From positions 8,556,001 to 8,620,000 of the forward strand of contig NC_091288.1 of assembly GCF_032444005.1 (NCBI RefSeq): 64,000 nucleotides of DNA, read 5' to 3'. Every line of letters starts with the position of its first letter. Within the stretch, counting starts at the first letter, position 1. The translations under genes were made by a program, and so were the position numbers. The DNA comes from Ranitomeya imitator (lineage: Eukaryota). This document shows, piece by piece, positions 62,728 to 64,000 of this stretch. Below the pieces are notes generated by a model. It was not told the origin of the DNA. It did not search any database and was given only the letters and a program-made list of their open reading frames with translations.

Positions 62728-62807
62728 CTCTTGGACGATGGGAGCAGCTTCCGAGCTCTCGACAAGCCCCCGATAAACTGGAAGGACACTCCATGGTGGC
62801 CCACGAG
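62728..62807 (+). CDS. Kelch-repeat protein, second coding exon ((A)LGRWEQLPSSRQAPDKLEGHSMVAHE)
   Basis: TTTTCAG acceptor, GAG|GTGACT donor, phases 1 to 0, in frame; GHSMV kelch strand. Confidence 0.88.
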
Positions 62808-62967
62808 GTGACTGCGCCGCTCTCCCGCCAATCATTGCCCCCTCCCCTTTATGTTGTGTCACGTTCCTCTGTGGCCGGGACCCCTTTAATTTAAATGGAA
62901 GAAGAATAGAGACTTTGTAGCCACATTGAGGGGAACGCAGTGATGAATTCCACTTCTGTCTCCGCAG

Positions 62968-63046
62968 GGCCGACTCTATGTATTCGGGGGAATGGTAGAC
63001 TTTGGGGCAAATCGAGAGATGACCCCGCTCTGGATGTACGGCACAG
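62968..63046 (+). CDS. Kelch-repeat protein, third coding exon (GRLYVFGGMVDFGANREMTPLWMYGT); gene continues beyond the window
   Basis: TCTCCGCAG acceptor, CAG|GTGAGA donor, phases 0 to 1; LYVFGG..LWMY kelch motif. Confidence 0.9.
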
Positions 63047-63719
63047 GTGAGAAATGGCACGTGTGGGGTTAACAGGAGCGTGTCCGATGTGGCCCACTGG
63101 TTCTTAAAGGGACAGCACCTGTCCTATCGTGACCCTGTGCCTGCACAGCCCTGACTCCCCGCGCAGCGCGGCACAGTAGGCTTGTTCAGCGCTAGCAGCA
63201 TGCGGCTTGTCTGTGACATGTCAAGATGAAGCTGTGACTGACACACACAAGCTGTGGAGAAGCAGCGGCCATAGATCCCATAGAGCAGGCGGAGCAGAGA
63301 CATACAGCATGGAGGGGGCTGGCAGGCGTAATAAAAAGCATGGCAGGCTCTTATCTGAGACGGTATACGGGGGGCTTGCATTGGGAGTTAGAACCAAGCC
63401 ACTCCCCCCGATCTGCAACATGGCGCCCCAAAAGGAAGGGGGGGGGGTTTTCTCGCTGAGTAGTTTAGAATTATACATGTGATGACTTTGGAAAACACTA
63501 CTACTATCGATGTGAGCAGGAACGGTTTTAGATAAAGTGGGGCCCCAAATGCTCACATATTGCACCATCATACAAACATTTCAGTTGTAATAACATGCGC
63601 TGAGTTCAGGCCATTAAAACGAGCGATCAACAATATTGAAGTCATTCGACATAGTATAATGCAGGTCCCATATATTACTTATAGTAGAATGCACTTGCCA
63701 TGGTCCTTGATAGTGTATA

Positions 63720-64000
63720 CTGCAGCCCCCAACACACACAGTATAATGTAGCCCCCTCAGAGTATAATGCAGCACACGCCCACACAGTATAATGGACCCC
63801 CACACACAGTATAGTGCACAGACACACACACAGCATAGTAGAGACACACACAGTATAGTGCAGAGTCACACACAGCATAGTAGACACACACAGTATAGTG
63901 CAGAGTCACACACACACAGCATAGTGCAGAGACAGACACACAGCATAGTACAGACACATGCAGTATAGTGCAGACACACACAGTATAGTGCAGAGATAGA
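63720..64000. repeat. CACACAGTATAGTGCAGA-type degenerate minisatellite
   Basis: Direct inspection. Confidence 0.8.

Noticed and set aside
62345-63046. Assigning a gene symbol (LZTR1, KLHDC family) to the kelch exons
   Set aside because: The kelch fold is clear, but only the N-terminal part is visible and I cannot establish orthology without a search.

Overview
Repeat-saturated eukaryotic DNA, most likely from an anuran amphibian (inferred from the TE and satellite types). About half of the window is unrelated tandem arrays (18-86 bp units), and these explain almost all long ORFs in the supplied track. Autonomous-type elements: a young full-length Ty3/Gypsy chromovirus (4369-10107) inside a 34-bp satellite, a decayed Tc1 transposon, and a 5'-truncated, disrupted Tx1/L1-clade LINE (about 39183-44070, minus). 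There are also solo LTRs, L2 fragments and many MITEs, with a five-level nest at 23.8-28.7 kb. The only well-supported host coding sequence is three spliced exons of a kelch-repeat protein at 62.3-63.0 kb. A weaker chain of minus-strand exon candidates runs from 45 kb to 19 kb. Most notable: (1) a type I minimal hammerhead ribozyme (minus, 21610-21668) inside a 390-bp non-coding insert with 92-bp inverted repeats, a 12-bp flanking duplication and octamer/CTCF-like motifs, resembling a Penelope/satellite-2 retrozyme; (2) a Tf1-type tRNA-independent self-priming signature in the Gypsy element; (3) apparent 6-bp target duplications at both insertions of that LTR family.
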